Below are positions 9,316-18,470 of a stretch of 64,000 bases of DNA, piece after piece (the stretch's first letter is position 1; each line of letters opens with the position of its first letter). A model generated the notes under the pieces. That model saw only the letters and a list, made by a program, of their open reading frames with translations. It had not been told where the DNA came from and did no database searches. The stretch covers positions 142,711-206,710 of the forward strand of contig JBFWRP010000004.1 of assembly GCA_050248855.1 (NCBI GenBank), given 5' to 3'. Source of the DNA: Planctomycetota bacterium. GTDB taxonomy: Bacteria > Planctomycetota > PLA2 > JAEUHO01. The translations under genes and the position numbers were made by a program.

Positions 9316-10389
9316 TCAGTCCCCGCGTTGGAGGAGTGCGGCCAAGCGGTCTCGCCAGCGATCGCGGTTGGCCCCCACCTTCGTCCAGTCGACCTCCTCG
9401 GCGCGGAACTCGAGGCCAGGCCGCTTGACGTGGCCATCGGGCGGGACGCCCACGCCCGGCCGCACGGGGATCTGCGCCGAGCGGCTGAAGGCGAGGGCCT
9501 GTTCCAGCTCGGGGCTCGCGAGCCATTCGAGCAGCTTCACGGCCGCCTCCGGATGCGGGCGGCCCGTGATGAGGCCAGCCGTGTTGGGAATGAGCAGCGC
9601 GCCCGGCTCATCGGGGCCCTGGTCCGGGTAGATGATGGTGACGGGCGCCTTCAGCTCGTTGATCGCGATCCACGCGTCGTCCGTGTCCGTGAGCCCGAAC
9701 GCGACGCGACGCGATGTGTCGGCGACGGCGCTCATCACCTGCCCGTTGGACTTGACGAGCTTCATGTGGCCCGCATCCGCCGCCTTGCGCACGGCTTCGA
9801 AGAACGCCCAGCCGTCCGTCTCGTCGCGCGTGAGCCACGCCACGGCGTGCGTGTACGTCGTGCCGGTCAAGGGCACGGCCATCGTCGTGAGCAGGTCGCG
9901 CTGGGCCCACTTGGGGTCGAGCAGGTCCCTGACCGACTTGGGGTGATCCGCGGGATCCGGCACGAGCACCGTGTTGACGAGCAGCACGCGCGCTCGCGCA
10001 CCGAACTGGATGTAGCGACCACCGGGATCCCGCCACGCCTGCGGGAACTTCCCGGCCATGCCTTCGGGCAGCTTGTCGATCAGGCCCTTCGAAGCGAGGT
10101 CGACCATGTGCATGATCTCGTTCGACCACCAGACGTCCCCGCGCGGCCGGTCGCGCTCCGCCTCGATGCGCTGCGGGAGCCCAATGCTGCGGAACGCCTC
10201 GGTCTCGCCGTGGTAGTCCACGACCAGACCACTCGCCTCCCGGAAGTCATCGACCAGCCTCTGGCTCTGGTCGGGGTCGACGCCGCAGTAGAGGACCACG
10301 TCGGGCTCCGGGCCGCCGCGCATCGACACGGCGAGCCACACGACGGCCGCCACGATCAGGATCCCGAGCACGAGGGGAATGGCACGCAT
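9316..10389 (-). CDS. Extracellular solute-binding protein, Fe(III)/AfuA-like ABC family; no permease or ATPase nearby
   Basis: RIEAERDRPRGDVWWSNE, GARARVLLVN, GLTDTDD, IPNTAGLI; AGGAG SD before ATG 10389. Confidence 0.85.
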   Translation of the reverse strand: MRAIPLVLGILIVAAVVWLAVSMRGGPEPDVVLYCGVDPDQSQRLVDDFREASGLVVDYHGETEAFRSIGLPQRIEAERDRPRGDVWWSNEIMHMVDLASKGLIDKLPEGMAGKFPQAWRDPGGRYIQFGARARVLLVNTVLVPDPADHPKSVRDLLDPKWAQRDLLTTMAVPLTGTTYTHAVAWLTRDETDGWAFFEAVRKAADAGHMKLVKSNGQVMSAVADTSRRVAFGLTDTDDAWIAINELKAPVTIIYPDQGPDEPGALLIPNTAGLITGRPHPEAAVKLLEWLASPELEQALAFSRSAQIPVRPGVGVPPDGHVKRPGLEFRAEEVDWTKVGANRDRWRDRLAALLQRGD

Positions 10390-10469
10390 CTTGGACTCCT
10401 GGAAGATCGAGAACGTATCCTGCGGGTAACGACGTAGCCTCCTGACCACGACGCTTCGCCGAAGGTGGG

Positions 10470-11243
10470 TCAGAGGTCGCGCAGCTTGCCCCGCCGCGCC
10501 GCCTGCTTGAAGCGCTCCGCGTCCACATCCAGCACGCGGAGCTTCTTGTGGAAGTTGGGGCGCGAGATCCCCGCCAGGCGGGCGGCGGCGGCGACGTTGC
10601 CGCCCGTGCGGGCGAGGAGGTCGCGGACGTAGGCGACCTCGAAGCGCTGGACGGCTTCCCGCAAGGACAGCGGGGTGCCGTCGGGGTGCTCACCCAGCAC
10701 GGCCACGAGCGCCGCGCGCGCCGGCGGGGGCGGGCCCTCGGGGGCCTCCGCGGCCGGCGCGCCCTGGCGCGTCTTGAGCTCGGCCTCGACGGCCTCGAAG
10801 CCCTCCGGGTCGAGCCGACGCTCGACGAGGGCCCTCAGGCGCCTGTTTTCCAAGCTCATGCGGCGCTCTTCGATGGCCCGGGTCAGCGTGCGGACGACGT
10901 CCTGCACGACGAACGGCTTGCCGACATAGTCGCGGGCGCCCCGACGCATCGACTCGAGCGCCGTGTCCATCGTGCCGTAGCCCGTCATCACCACGACAGG
11001 CACGCCCGGGTCCATCTCCGTGAGCACGGCCACCACGTCGAGCCCGGAGAAGTCGGGCAGGCGCACGTCGGTCAGGACCGCGTCGAAGCCGCCGCGGACG
11101 AAGCGCTCCACGCCCTCCTTGCCCGTCCCGACCGAGGTGCACCGGAAGCCCGCGCGCTCCAGCCCACGCTCCAACGCATGGCGCATCGACTCCTCGTCGT
11201 CGATCACGAGCACATGGCCGAGGGCCGCGGATGCGTCGTCCAT
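10470..11243 (-). CDS. Response regulator: receiver domain + Fis-type HTH, no sigma-54 AAA+ domain
   Basis: VLVIDDE, TDVRLPD, MTGYG, KPF; C-terminal GGNVAAAARLAGISRPNFHKKL. Confidence 0.88.
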   Translation of the reverse strand: MDDASAALGHVLVIDDEESMRHALERGLERAGFRCTSVGTGKEGVERFVRGGFDAVLTDVRLPDFSGLDVVAVLTEMDPGVPVVVMTGYGTMDTALESMRRGARDYVGKPFVVQDVVRTLTRAIEERRMSLENRRLRALVERRLDPEGFEAVEAELKTRQGAPAAEAPEGPPPPARAALVAVLGEHPDGTPLSLREAVQRFEVAYVRDLLARTGGNVAAAARLAGISRPNFHKKLRVLDVDAERFKQAARRGKLRDL

Positions 11244-11281
11244 GGGAGCCTCCGGCCCGGAAGACGCAAGCGGCGGGCCGC

Positions 11282-12760
11282 TCAGGCGGCGGACGGTAGC
11301 GAGAGGCGGAAGCGTGCGCCGCCGAGCGGGCCGCGGTCGACGGCCAACGTGCCGCCGTGCCGCTCGACGATGCCGTACGAGATGAAGAGCCCCAAGCCCG
11401 TCCCACCATCCCGTGTGGTGTAGAAGGGCTCGAAGATGCGGTCGACGAGCTCGGGAGGCACCCCCGGACCGTCGTCCTCGACGACCAGCTCGACACGCCC
11501 TTGCGCGCGCGCCGTGGCGAGCTGCACGTGGCCGCCGCGGCCCGCGGCCTGCAGCGCGTTCGTGACGAGGTTGAGCACCACCTGGTGCAGCTGGCCGGCA
11601 TCGCCCAGGACGGCCGGCACCTCGCCACGGTGCCGGACGAGGTCCACGCCCTCGCGGCGTGCGAACGGCTCGGCTGCGCGCGCGACGTCGTCCGCCAGCT
11701 CGTCCAGGTCCACCGCGGCGAACGCGCGCTCGCCGGGCCGGGCCACGTCGAGCAGCGCACGCACGAGCGCCGAGGCGCGCCGGGCCGTGCGCTCGGCCAC
11801 CGCGAGGTCCTCCCGGGCACGGCCCTCGCCGACCTCGCTCTTCGCACTCTCCAAGCACCCGAGGATGCCGCCGAGCAAGTTGTTGAACTCGTGCGCGACG
11901 CCCCCGGCCAGCGTGCCGAGCCCGGCCATTTTCGCCGACTGCACGAGCCGATCCCGCGTGCGGCGCAGCTCGTCGAGCGCGGCGGTGCGCTCGGCCAACG
12001 TCGCCTGCAGCTTCGTGGTCTTCTGCGCGACCTCCTGCTCGAGGCCCGCGGTGAGCTGCGCGATCCGCGTCCGCATGCGTTCGACATCCTCGGCCAGGCG
12101 CGAGATCTCGCGCGGTGCGCGACGCGGGGCCGTCACCGGCCGCCGGAGGTCGCCGCGCGCGATGCGGTCCACGGCCGCCTGCGTCTCGCGCAGCGGACGG
12201 ACGACCAACCAGACGAGAACGAGCGCCACGAGACCGGCCAAGGCCAGCAGCAGGAGGCCCAGATGCAGCAGGAGGCGTCGCTGCCGCGTGTCGACGCCGG
12301 CCTCGCTGCGGGCCGCCGAGCGCTCGGCCATGCGCTCCAGCGCGGCGGCGATGCGGCGTTCGCCGTCTTGCGCCAACCGCTCGGCCAGGACATGGATCCG
12401 ATCGCTTTCCTCGCGGCCCGAGGCGCGAACGCGTGCCACGAGGTCGCGGCCCAGCGCGTCGACGTCCACGCGGGTGGGATCCTCGGCGGCCCGGTAGAGC
12501 GCCAGGGGCTCCTGCTCGAGCCACGTGCGCAGGCGGCGCTGCGCGGACTCCGAAAGGCCGATCGCGAGAACCTCGGACTGGTCCACGAGGTCCGCCGCCA
12601 GCGCGCGCAGGGCCGCGCCGGCCGCTTCCTGTTCCTCGCGAGCCTGCGCGCGTGCGGCTTCGCGGTCTGCCGCCGCGACCCAGGCCACGAGCAGCGCGCC
12701 GCCCACCAGGACCACGCCGCCCACGACCAGCAGCGTCAGCGTCACCAGCGAGCGCGTCAC
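11282..12760 (-). CDS. Sensor histidine kinase (two TMs, HAMP, HisKA, HATPase)
   Basis: AGGVAHEFNNLL H-box, NLVTNA, DDGPG, IFEPFYTT, GTGLGL. Confidence 0.92.
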   Translation of the reverse strand: MTRSLVTLTLLVVGGVVLVGGALLVAWVAAADREAARAQAREEQEAAGAALRALAADLVDQSEVLAIGLSESAQRRLRTWLEQEPLALYRAAEDPTRVDVDALGRDLVARVRASGREESDRIHVLAERLAQDGERRIAAALERMAERSAARSEAGVDTRQRRLLLHLGLLLLALAGLVALVLVWLVVRPLRETQAAVDRIARGDLRRPVTAPRRAPREISRLAEDVERMRTRIAQLTAGLEQEVAQKTTKLQATLAERTAALDELRRTRDRLVQSAKMAGLGTLAGGVAHEFNNLLGGILGCLESAKSEVGEGRAREDLAVAERTARRASALVRALLDVARPGERAFAAVDLDELADDVARAAEPFARREGVDLVRHRGEVPAVLGDAGQLHQVVLNLVTNALQAAGRGGHVQLATARAQGRVELVVEDDGPGVPPELVDRIFEPFYTTRDGGTGLGLFISYGIVERHGGTLAVDRGPLGGARFRLSLPSAA

Positions 12761-13755
12761 CGCGGGCGCTCCGAGGGTCGCCCGCGGCGCAGGCGGTCGG
12801 TCGAGGCCAACAGCCCCCATGGCACGTCCAGCCCCTGGCGGTCGCACGCTTCGAGGTCGATCCACGTCCGCATCGCGGACACCGCGCGCTCCCGGGGCGC
12901 GTCCTCTTCGGCCAGCGCCAAGCGCCGCGCCACGTCGGCTGTCACGCGCCCGATCAGGTCGTGGTCCGGCACGAGCACGAGCGCCGCCCCGTCGCCGAAG
13001 CGTCCGCGGTCGTCGCTGACCAGCGGAGCGCCACCGGCACGCGCCGCCGCAAGGGCCTGGTCGAAGGGCGCGCGCGGCGCCGCATCCAGCCTGAGGTGCA
13101 GGACCGCATCGAACACCACGCCTTCGCCTTCGCGACCGGGTGTGCGTTCCCCGACGACGTCCACCTCGGCCGCCGCGAGGAACCGCGTGACCGTGGCCTC
13201 GGCGCCCGCGCCGCGCCAGAGCACGCGCGGTCGCTCGCGTCCGCACCACGCGCGCAGGCGCTCCCCCACCCACGCCGCCTCCGCCAGGCCCCGCACGACA
13301 CCGCGCCGCGGAGCCGCGGGCACGGCCGCGTCCAGCGGCTCGCCGGCAATGGCGTAGCCCGTGCGCGCCACCACGTGCGGCAGCGCCGCCAGCGCCGCCA
13401 GCTCGACGGGCGGCAGGGCCTCGCCCACGACGAAGAGCCAGGGCTCGACGTCGCCGCGCGCGCGCGCGGCCTCGAAGCGCTCGCGCCAACGACGCACGAG
13501 CGCCTCCGGGCCCTGGTCCGGTGGCGGAAGCTCCTCGCAGACGCGCTGCCAGCGGGCACGCTCGAGCCCCAGGCGGATGCCCTCGTACAGCGCCTGGGCG
13601 CCGGCGTCGCCGCGTTCGATCACGGCCCCGTGGACGCAGGCGGGGCTGCCGGCCTCGTCGCCTCCGCGCGCCGGCGCCGCGCTGGCGACGATCGTGGCCA
13701 CGAGGCCCAGCAGGGCGAAGAGGCGGACAAGGTGGCCGGGCGGGGACGGGGACAC
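12757..13755 (-). CDS. Periplasmic ABC_sub_bind-like ligand-binding protein coupled to the kinase
   Basis: Signal peptide; C-terminal PDHDLIGRVTADVARRL...WIDLEACDRQGLDVPWGLL resembles the ABC_sub_bind C-terminus; GTGA overlap with the kinase. Confidence 0.6.
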   Translation of the reverse strand: MSPSPPGHLVRLFALLGLVATIVASAAPARGGDEAGSPACVHGAVIERGDAGAQALYEGIRLGLERARWQRVCEELPPPDQGPEALVRRWRERFEAARARGDVEPWLFVVGEALPPVELAALAALPHVVARTGYAIAGEPLDAAVPAAPRRGVVRGLAEAAWVGERLRAWCGRERPRVLWRGAGAEATVTRFLAAAEVDVVGERTPGREGEGVVFDAVLHLRLDAAPRAPFDQALAAARAGGAPLVSDDRGRFGDGAALVLVPDHDLIGRVTADVARRLALAEEDAPRERAVSAMRTWIDLEACDRQGLDVPWGLLASTDRLRRGRPSERPR

Positions 13756-13761
13756 GGCCCC

Positions 13762-13767
13762 ACACTA
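13762..13767 (-). promoter_or_regulatory. -10 box TAGTGT, probable leaderless promoter
   Basis: TAGTGT, 6 nt, then GTG(13755). Confidence 0.45.
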
Positions 13768-13806
13768 CGCTCGGGGCCCCTTCGAACGCAGGAGCCGACC
13801 TCGACC

Positions 13807-14835
13807 ATGCGCGTGCTGGGCATCGACACGAGCTGCGACGACACCGCCGCCGCCGTCCTGGACGGCCCGCGCACGGTGCTCAGCAACGTCGTGGCGTCGC
13901 AGCACGACCTCCACGCCGCGTTCGGCGGCGTCGTGCCCGAGATCGCCAGCCGCGCGCATGCGGAGCGGATCAGTGCCGTGATCGCCACGGCGCTCGCGGA
14001 GGCCGGGGCGACGCCGGCGTCGCTGGACGCCATCGCCGTCACGAACCGCCCCGGCTTGGTCGGCTCCTTGCTCGTCGGCGTGGCCGCGGCCAAGACCCTG
14101 GCCTGGGCCTGGGACCTGCCGCTGGTCGGCGTCCACCACATCGAGGCGCACGTGCTCTCCGCACTGGCCGACCACCCCCAGCTGGAGCCGCCGTTCGTAT
14201 CCCTCGTGGCCTCCGGCGGCCACACCGCGCTGTACCTCGCCGAGGACCTGGCCACGATCCACTGCCTCGGCGCCACCGTGGACGACGCCGCGGGCGAGAG
14301 CTTCGACAAGGTCGCCGTGCTGCTCGACCTCCCCCAGCCCGGAGGCCCGCACGTCTCGCGGCTGGCCGAGGCGGGCAATCCGCAGGCGGTGCGCTTCCCC
14401 CGTTCGCGCCCGGGCGCCGACCCGATGGGCTTCTCGTTCTCGGGGCTCAAGACGGCCGTGCTCTACCACCTCAAGGGCCCGGGCGGAAAGCGCGACGCGC
14501 CTGACCGACCCGACCTCGAGACGTCACCCGCCGACGTGGCTGCGTCCTTCGAGATGGCCGTGGTCGACGTGCTCGCGACGCGCACGTGCGAGGCGGTCGC
14601 CGCCACGGGCGTGCGACGCGTCGCGATCGGCGGCGGCGTGGCGGCCAATCGCACGCTGCGACGCGTGCTGGCCGAGCGGCTGCCGCGCGACGTGCCGCTC
14701 TACGCCCCCTCGCCCACGCTCTGCGTGGACAACGGCGCCATGATCGCGCTGCGCGGCCATGCGCTGTTGGAGCAGGGCGTTCGCTCCAGCCTGGATCTTG
14801 AGGTGTGCGCGACCGGGGACGACGCGGCAGGGTAG
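13807..14835 (+). CDS. tsaD: tRNA N6-adenosine threonylcarbamoyltransferase
   Basis: MRVLGIDTSCDDT, GGVVPEIASRAH, HHIEAH, SGGHT, DDAAGESFDK, FSFSGLKTA, DNGAMIA. Confidence 0.97.
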   Translation: MRVLGIDTSCDDTAAAVLDGPRTVLSNVVASQHDLHAAFGGVVPEIASRAHAERISAVIATALAEAGATPASLDAIAVTNRPGLVGSLLVGVAAAKTLAWAWDLPLVGVHHIEAHVLSALADHPQLEPPFVSLVASGGHTALYLAEDLATIHCLGATVDDAAGESFDKVAVLLDLPQPGGPHVSRLAEAGNPQAVRFPRSRPGADPMGFSFSGLKTAVLYHLKGPGGKRDAPDRPDLETSPADVAASFEMAVVDVLATRTCEAVAATGVRRVAIGGGVAANRTLRRVLAERLPRDVPLYAPSPTLCVDNGAMIALRGHALLEQGVRSSLDLEVCATGDDAAG

Positions 14836-16152
14836 CTACCGGCCGAGCAGGCGAACCGCTTCGGCCAGCTGGGGATCGAGCTCGTCGGCGGGGACGTCCG
14901 GATAGCGCGGCGCCTCGCCCCACGGGACGCCCTCTTCGTTGCCCCACTGCTGCAGGAGGCGCAGCTCCTGCTCGGCCGTGAGCTCGACGACCACGTCGGG
15001 CAGCAGCCCCGCGGGCTCGTGGTTGCCCGAGACGCCTTCCCCGGCCGCGTCGCCCGGGGCTTGGAACGAGCGCCCGCTGGGCAGGTAGTAGCGCGACGTC
15101 GTCAGCTTCAGGCCCGCTCCGCGGCGCGGGATCTCAACGATCGACTGCACGAGGAACTTGCCGTAGGTGCGCGTGCCCGCGACGACCGCACGCCGGTGGT
15201 CCTGGAAGGCGCCCGCCACGACCTCGCTGGCACTCGCGCTGCGGCCGTCGACGAGGACCACGATGGGCAGGCCCAACAGGTCGGAGGGCTCGGCCCGCGC
15301 GCTGATCGAGCGATTGCCCTCGCGCACGCGACCCTCCATGCGCACGATCACGCCGCGGTCGAGGAAGCGGTCCACGAGGTCGGTGGCCACGGTGAGCAGC
15401 CCGCCGCCGTTGTGGCGCAGGTCCAGGACGAGCGCTTCGATGCGCGGGGGGGCGAAGAAGGCCGCGAGGTCCTGCTCGATCTCGTGCGCGGTCTCCTCGG
15501 TGAAATCGGTCAGACGCAGCACGCCGATGCGCCCGCCGGGGCCGACGCGCCGCGTGAAGGTGGTCGGGGGCCGGATCACGTCGCGGGTGACGTCCACGCG
15601 CCGCGCCGTGGCGTGCAGCGCGCCGCCCTCCGGTCGCGGGCCGGGAGCGACGGCAACCGTCACCACGCTGCCTGCGGTGCCCTTCAGCCAACGGGTCACC
15701 GTGTCGATGTCGACGCCCTCCAGGCGCTGCCCCTGGACGGCCGTGATCGTCTCGCCGGGCACGATGCCGGCGCGCGCGGCGGGGCCGTCGGGCCACACCC
15801 CCACGACGTGCAGCCCCTCGGGTACCGCATCGATCTTGACGCCCAGGCCCGCGTAGCGGCCCTGCGTGTCTTCCTTCCAGCGGAGGTAGCGCTCGGGCGG
15901 GATGAACTCGCAGTAGCGATCGAAATGGACGTAGGCGTCCATCGCCCGGTAGAAGGCCTCGCGCGCCGCCTCGCCATCGAGCTCGTCGACGTAGCTGGCC
16001 TGCACCTGCTCGCGCACGAAGCGCGCCATCGGCTCGTCCCACCAGGTCTCGGCGCCGCCGCCCCGGGCCCCAGCGCGCCGCGAGGCAAAGACGAACGCCG
16101 CGAACAGCAGCAGGATCGAGAGGCTGAGGACGGCAGCGGTCAGCGGTCGCAT
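14836..16152 (-). CDS. Carboxy-terminal processing protease, S41 family, with PDZ domain
   Basis: GLGV PDZ loop, LDLRHNGGG, SASASE (catalytic Ser), TYGK (catalytic Lys), LKLTTSRYYLPSG. Confidence 0.92.
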   Translation of the reverse strand: MRPLTAAVLSLSILLLFAAFVFASRRAGARGGGAETWWDEPMARFVREQVQASYVDELDGEAAREAFYRAMDAYVHFDRYCEFIPPERYLRWKEDTQGRYAGLGVKIDAVPEGLHVVGVWPDGPAARAGIVPGETITAVQGQRLEGVDIDTVTRWLKGTAGSVVTVAVAPGPRPEGGALHATARRVDVTRDVIRPPTTFTRRVGPGGRIGVLRLTDFTEETAHEIEQDLAAFFAPPRIEALVLDLRHNGGGLLTVATDLVDRFLDRGVIVRMEGRVREGNRSISARAEPSDLLGLPIVVLVDGRSASASEVVAGAFQDHRRAVVAGTRTYGKFLVQSIVEIPRRGAGLKLTTSRYYLPSGRSFQAPGDAAGEGVSGNHEPAGLLPDVVVELTAEQELRLLQQWGNEEGVPWGEAPRYPDVPADELDPQLAEAVRLLGR

Positions 16153-16191
16153 CCGCGCTCCTTCGTCGGCAGTCGGTCGGGGTGCCCGCCG

Positions 16192-17445
16192 TCAGGCCGA
16201 CGGGTCCGCCGACGCACCGGGGAGATCGGGCGGCTCCCCGGGGGTCGGCCCGTCGAGGCTACCGAGGAGTTCGGGATCGAGCGGAGCGATCTTCCTGCGC
16301 TTGCGCTTGCCGCGGGTCGGCGAGAGGGCCCGCATGGACTCGAGACGGCCGTAGCACAGCATCCGGTCGTGGGCCTCGATCACGCGGTGCCCGCGGGGGT
16401 TGGAGATCACGCCCGTGCCGCGCTGCAGCGTCAGCACGACGATGTCCTTCTCGCGCAGCCCCGAGGTCTCGATGGTCCGCCCGACGAGCTCGTGGGCGGC
16501 GGGAATCGAGATCTCGGCCACCCCGTAGCCGCGGGTCACGGTGAGGCGCTGGCGCAGGTCGATCTCGGGGAAGTCCGTCTGGTCGGCGATGTAGTCGACG
16601 ATGGCGCCGGCGACGTCGAGCCCCGTAGCGTGCTCGATGCCTTCCAACCCCGGCGAGCTGTTGACCTCCATGACCAGCGGACCCTCGTCGCTCTCGAGCA
16701 GGTCCACGCCGGCCACCCGGAGCCCCATGATCTGGGCGGCGCGCACGGCCGTCGTCTCGAAGGCCGGCTCCAGCTGGACCGCGCCCACCGTGCCGCCGCG
16801 GTGGACGTTGCTGCGGAACTCGTCGCCCTGCGCGGTGCGGCGCATGGCCGCCACGACGCGGTCGCCGACCACGATCGCCCGGAGGTCGGTGCCCCGGCTC
16901 TCGCGGATGAAGCGCTGCACGAGCACGTTCTGCCGGGCGGACTGCAGGGTCTCGATGATCGCCTCGGCGACCTTGGTGGTCTCGGCCAGGATCACGCCGA
17001 CTCCCTGCGTGCCCTCGAGGATCTTGATGATGATGGGCGCGCCGCCCAGGCGTTCGATGGCCGGGAGCACGTCCTCGCGATCGCGCACGAACGTCGTGTG
17101 CGGGATGCCGATGTCGTGCCGGGACAGGATCTGGAGCGAGCGCAGCTTGTCGCGCGCGTTGGCAATGCCGTTCGCCGTGTTGGGCGTGTACACGTCCATC
17201 TGCTCGAACTGGCGGACGACGGCCGTACCGAAGTACGTCACGGAGGCCCCGATGCGCGGCAGGATCGCGTCGACGCGACGCATGGGCTTGCTGCGGTACC
17301 AGAGAGTGGGCTCGCCGTGCTCCAGCTCGATGGCAAAGCGCAGCGTGTCGCGCACCTTGGGCGTGTGGCCGCGCTGCAACGCAGCCTGGCGCAGGCGACG
17401 GGTGCTGTAGCAGCCGGGGGCCGTGGAGAGGATGGCGAGCCGCAC
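16192..17445 (-). CDS. rimK: RimK-family alpha-L-glutamate ligase with C-terminal TrkA-C domain
   Basis: YSTRRL, PRIGAS, RDKLRSLQ, EGTQGVGV, FRSNVHRGG, EVNSSPGLEGIE; TrkA-C-like tail. Confidence 0.93.
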   Translation of the reverse strand: MRLAILSTAPGCYSTRRLRQAALQRGHTPKVRDTLRFAIELEHGEPTLWYRSKPMRRVDAILPRIGASVTYFGTAVVRQFEQMDVYTPNTANGIANARDKLRSLQILSRHDIGIPHTTFVRDREDVLPAIERLGGAPIIIKILEGTQGVGVILAETTKVAEAIIETLQSARQNVLVQRFIRESRGTDLRAIVVGDRVVAAMRRTAQGDEFRSNVHRGGTVGAVQLEPAFETTAVRAAQIMGLRVAGVDLLESDEGPLVMEVNSSPGLEGIEHATGLDVAGAIVDYIADQTDFPEIDLRQRLTVTRGYGVAEISIPAAHELVGRTIETSGLREKDIVVLTLQRGTGVISNPRGHRVIEAHDRMLCYGRLESMRALSPTRGKRKRRKIAPLDPELLGSLDGPTPGEPPDLPGASADPSA

Positions 17446-17495
17446 GAGGCGTCTCCAGGGGAAGGGGGCGGGAGTCTACCCCCCTCCTCCGGGAC

Positions 17496-17758
17496 CCAAG
17501 CGTTCAGGCCTGGGCTGGGCGCCGGAGCAGCGCCTGCCACGCACGGCACCCACTTGCCTCACCCGAGAGCCGCCCCCCCAGGGTGCGCCGACGCCGCTTG
17601 GATCTGAGCGCGGCCGCCGCGCATCGGGTCGTCAGGGCGACGGTAGCGCGCCAGCATCGGCGACGACTCGTGGTCTGTTCCCTCGAGGAGCCGATGCTGG
17701 TGCGGGACCGAGCATCTGACGAGCCGCACCACCGAGTGCAAGGGGGGTGAACGCTTGC
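17496..17758. mobile_element. Putative non-autonomous MITE with IS66-like terminal inverted repeats
   Basis: Perfect 10-bp inverted repeat CAAGCGTTCA (17497-17506) / TGAACGCTTG (17748-17757); flanks TCCGGGAC / GGCGGGAC match 6/8 in register; no transposase. Confidence 0.55.
17622..17727. repeat. Dispersed ~106-bp hairpin repeat, copy 2
   Basis: Homologous to 9034-9140; stems TCGTCAG/CTGACGA and CGCGCCAGCATCGGC/GCCGATGCTGGTGCG. Confidence 0.9.
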
Positions 17759-17765
17759 GGCGGGA

Positions 17766-18470
17766 CTACCCCAGGTAGGCCTTGCGCACCTCCGGATCCA
17801 CGAGGAGGCGCTCGGCGGTGTCCTCGAGCACGACGCGACCGGTCTCGAGGACGTAGCCCCGGTGGGCGGTCTTCAGCGCCAAGTGGGCGTTCTGTTCGAC
17901 CAGCAGGATGGTGGTGCCCAGCTCCCGGTTGACGCGGGCGATCTCCGTGAAGATCTGGCGCACGAGCAGGGGGGCGATGCCCAGGCTGGGCTCGTCCAGG
18001 AGCAGCAGCCGGGGGCCGGCCATCAACGCGCGGCCGATGGCCAGCATCTGCTGCTCGCCCCCCGAGAGCGTTCCGCCGCTCTGGTCCTTGCGCTCCTCCA
18101 AGCGCGGGAACAGTCCGAACACCTGTTCCAGCCGTTGGCCCACGACGCCGCGGTCCCGGACGAGGTAGGCCCCCATCTCGAGGTTCTCGAGCACGGTGAG
18201 GCGCGTGAAGATCCGGCGCCCTTCGGGGGCGTGGGCGATCCCCAAGCGGACGATCCGCTCGGCGGAGGCGTTCTCGATGGCCTTCCCCTCGAAACGCACC
18301 GACCCACGGCTCGGGCGGTGCAGGCCCGACAGCGCGCGGAGCGTGGTCGTCTTGCCGGCGCCGTTGCAGCCGATGAGCGTGACGATCTCCCCCTCGTCGA
18401 CCCGCAGCGAGACGCCGTGCAGGGCCTGGATGCGCCCGTAGGCGACGTCGAGCCCTTCGACCTGCAGCAT
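17766..18470 (-). CDS. livF: Branched-chain amino acid ABC transporter ATP-binding protein
   Basis: GCNGAGKTT, PEGRRIF, LSGGEQQM, LLLDEPSLG, VEQNA. Confidence 0.95.
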   Translation of the reverse strand: MLQVEGLDVAYGRIQALHGVSLRVDEGEIVTLIGCNGAGKTTTLRALSGLHRPSRGSVRFEGKAIENASAERIVRLGIAHAPEGRRIFTRLTVLENLEMGAYLVRDRGVVGQRLEQVFGLFPRLEERKDQSGGTLSGGEQQMLAIGRALMAGPRLLLLDEPSLGIAPLLVRQIFTEIARVNRELGTTILLVEQNAHLALKTAHRGYVLETGRVVLEDTAERLLVDPEVRKAYLG

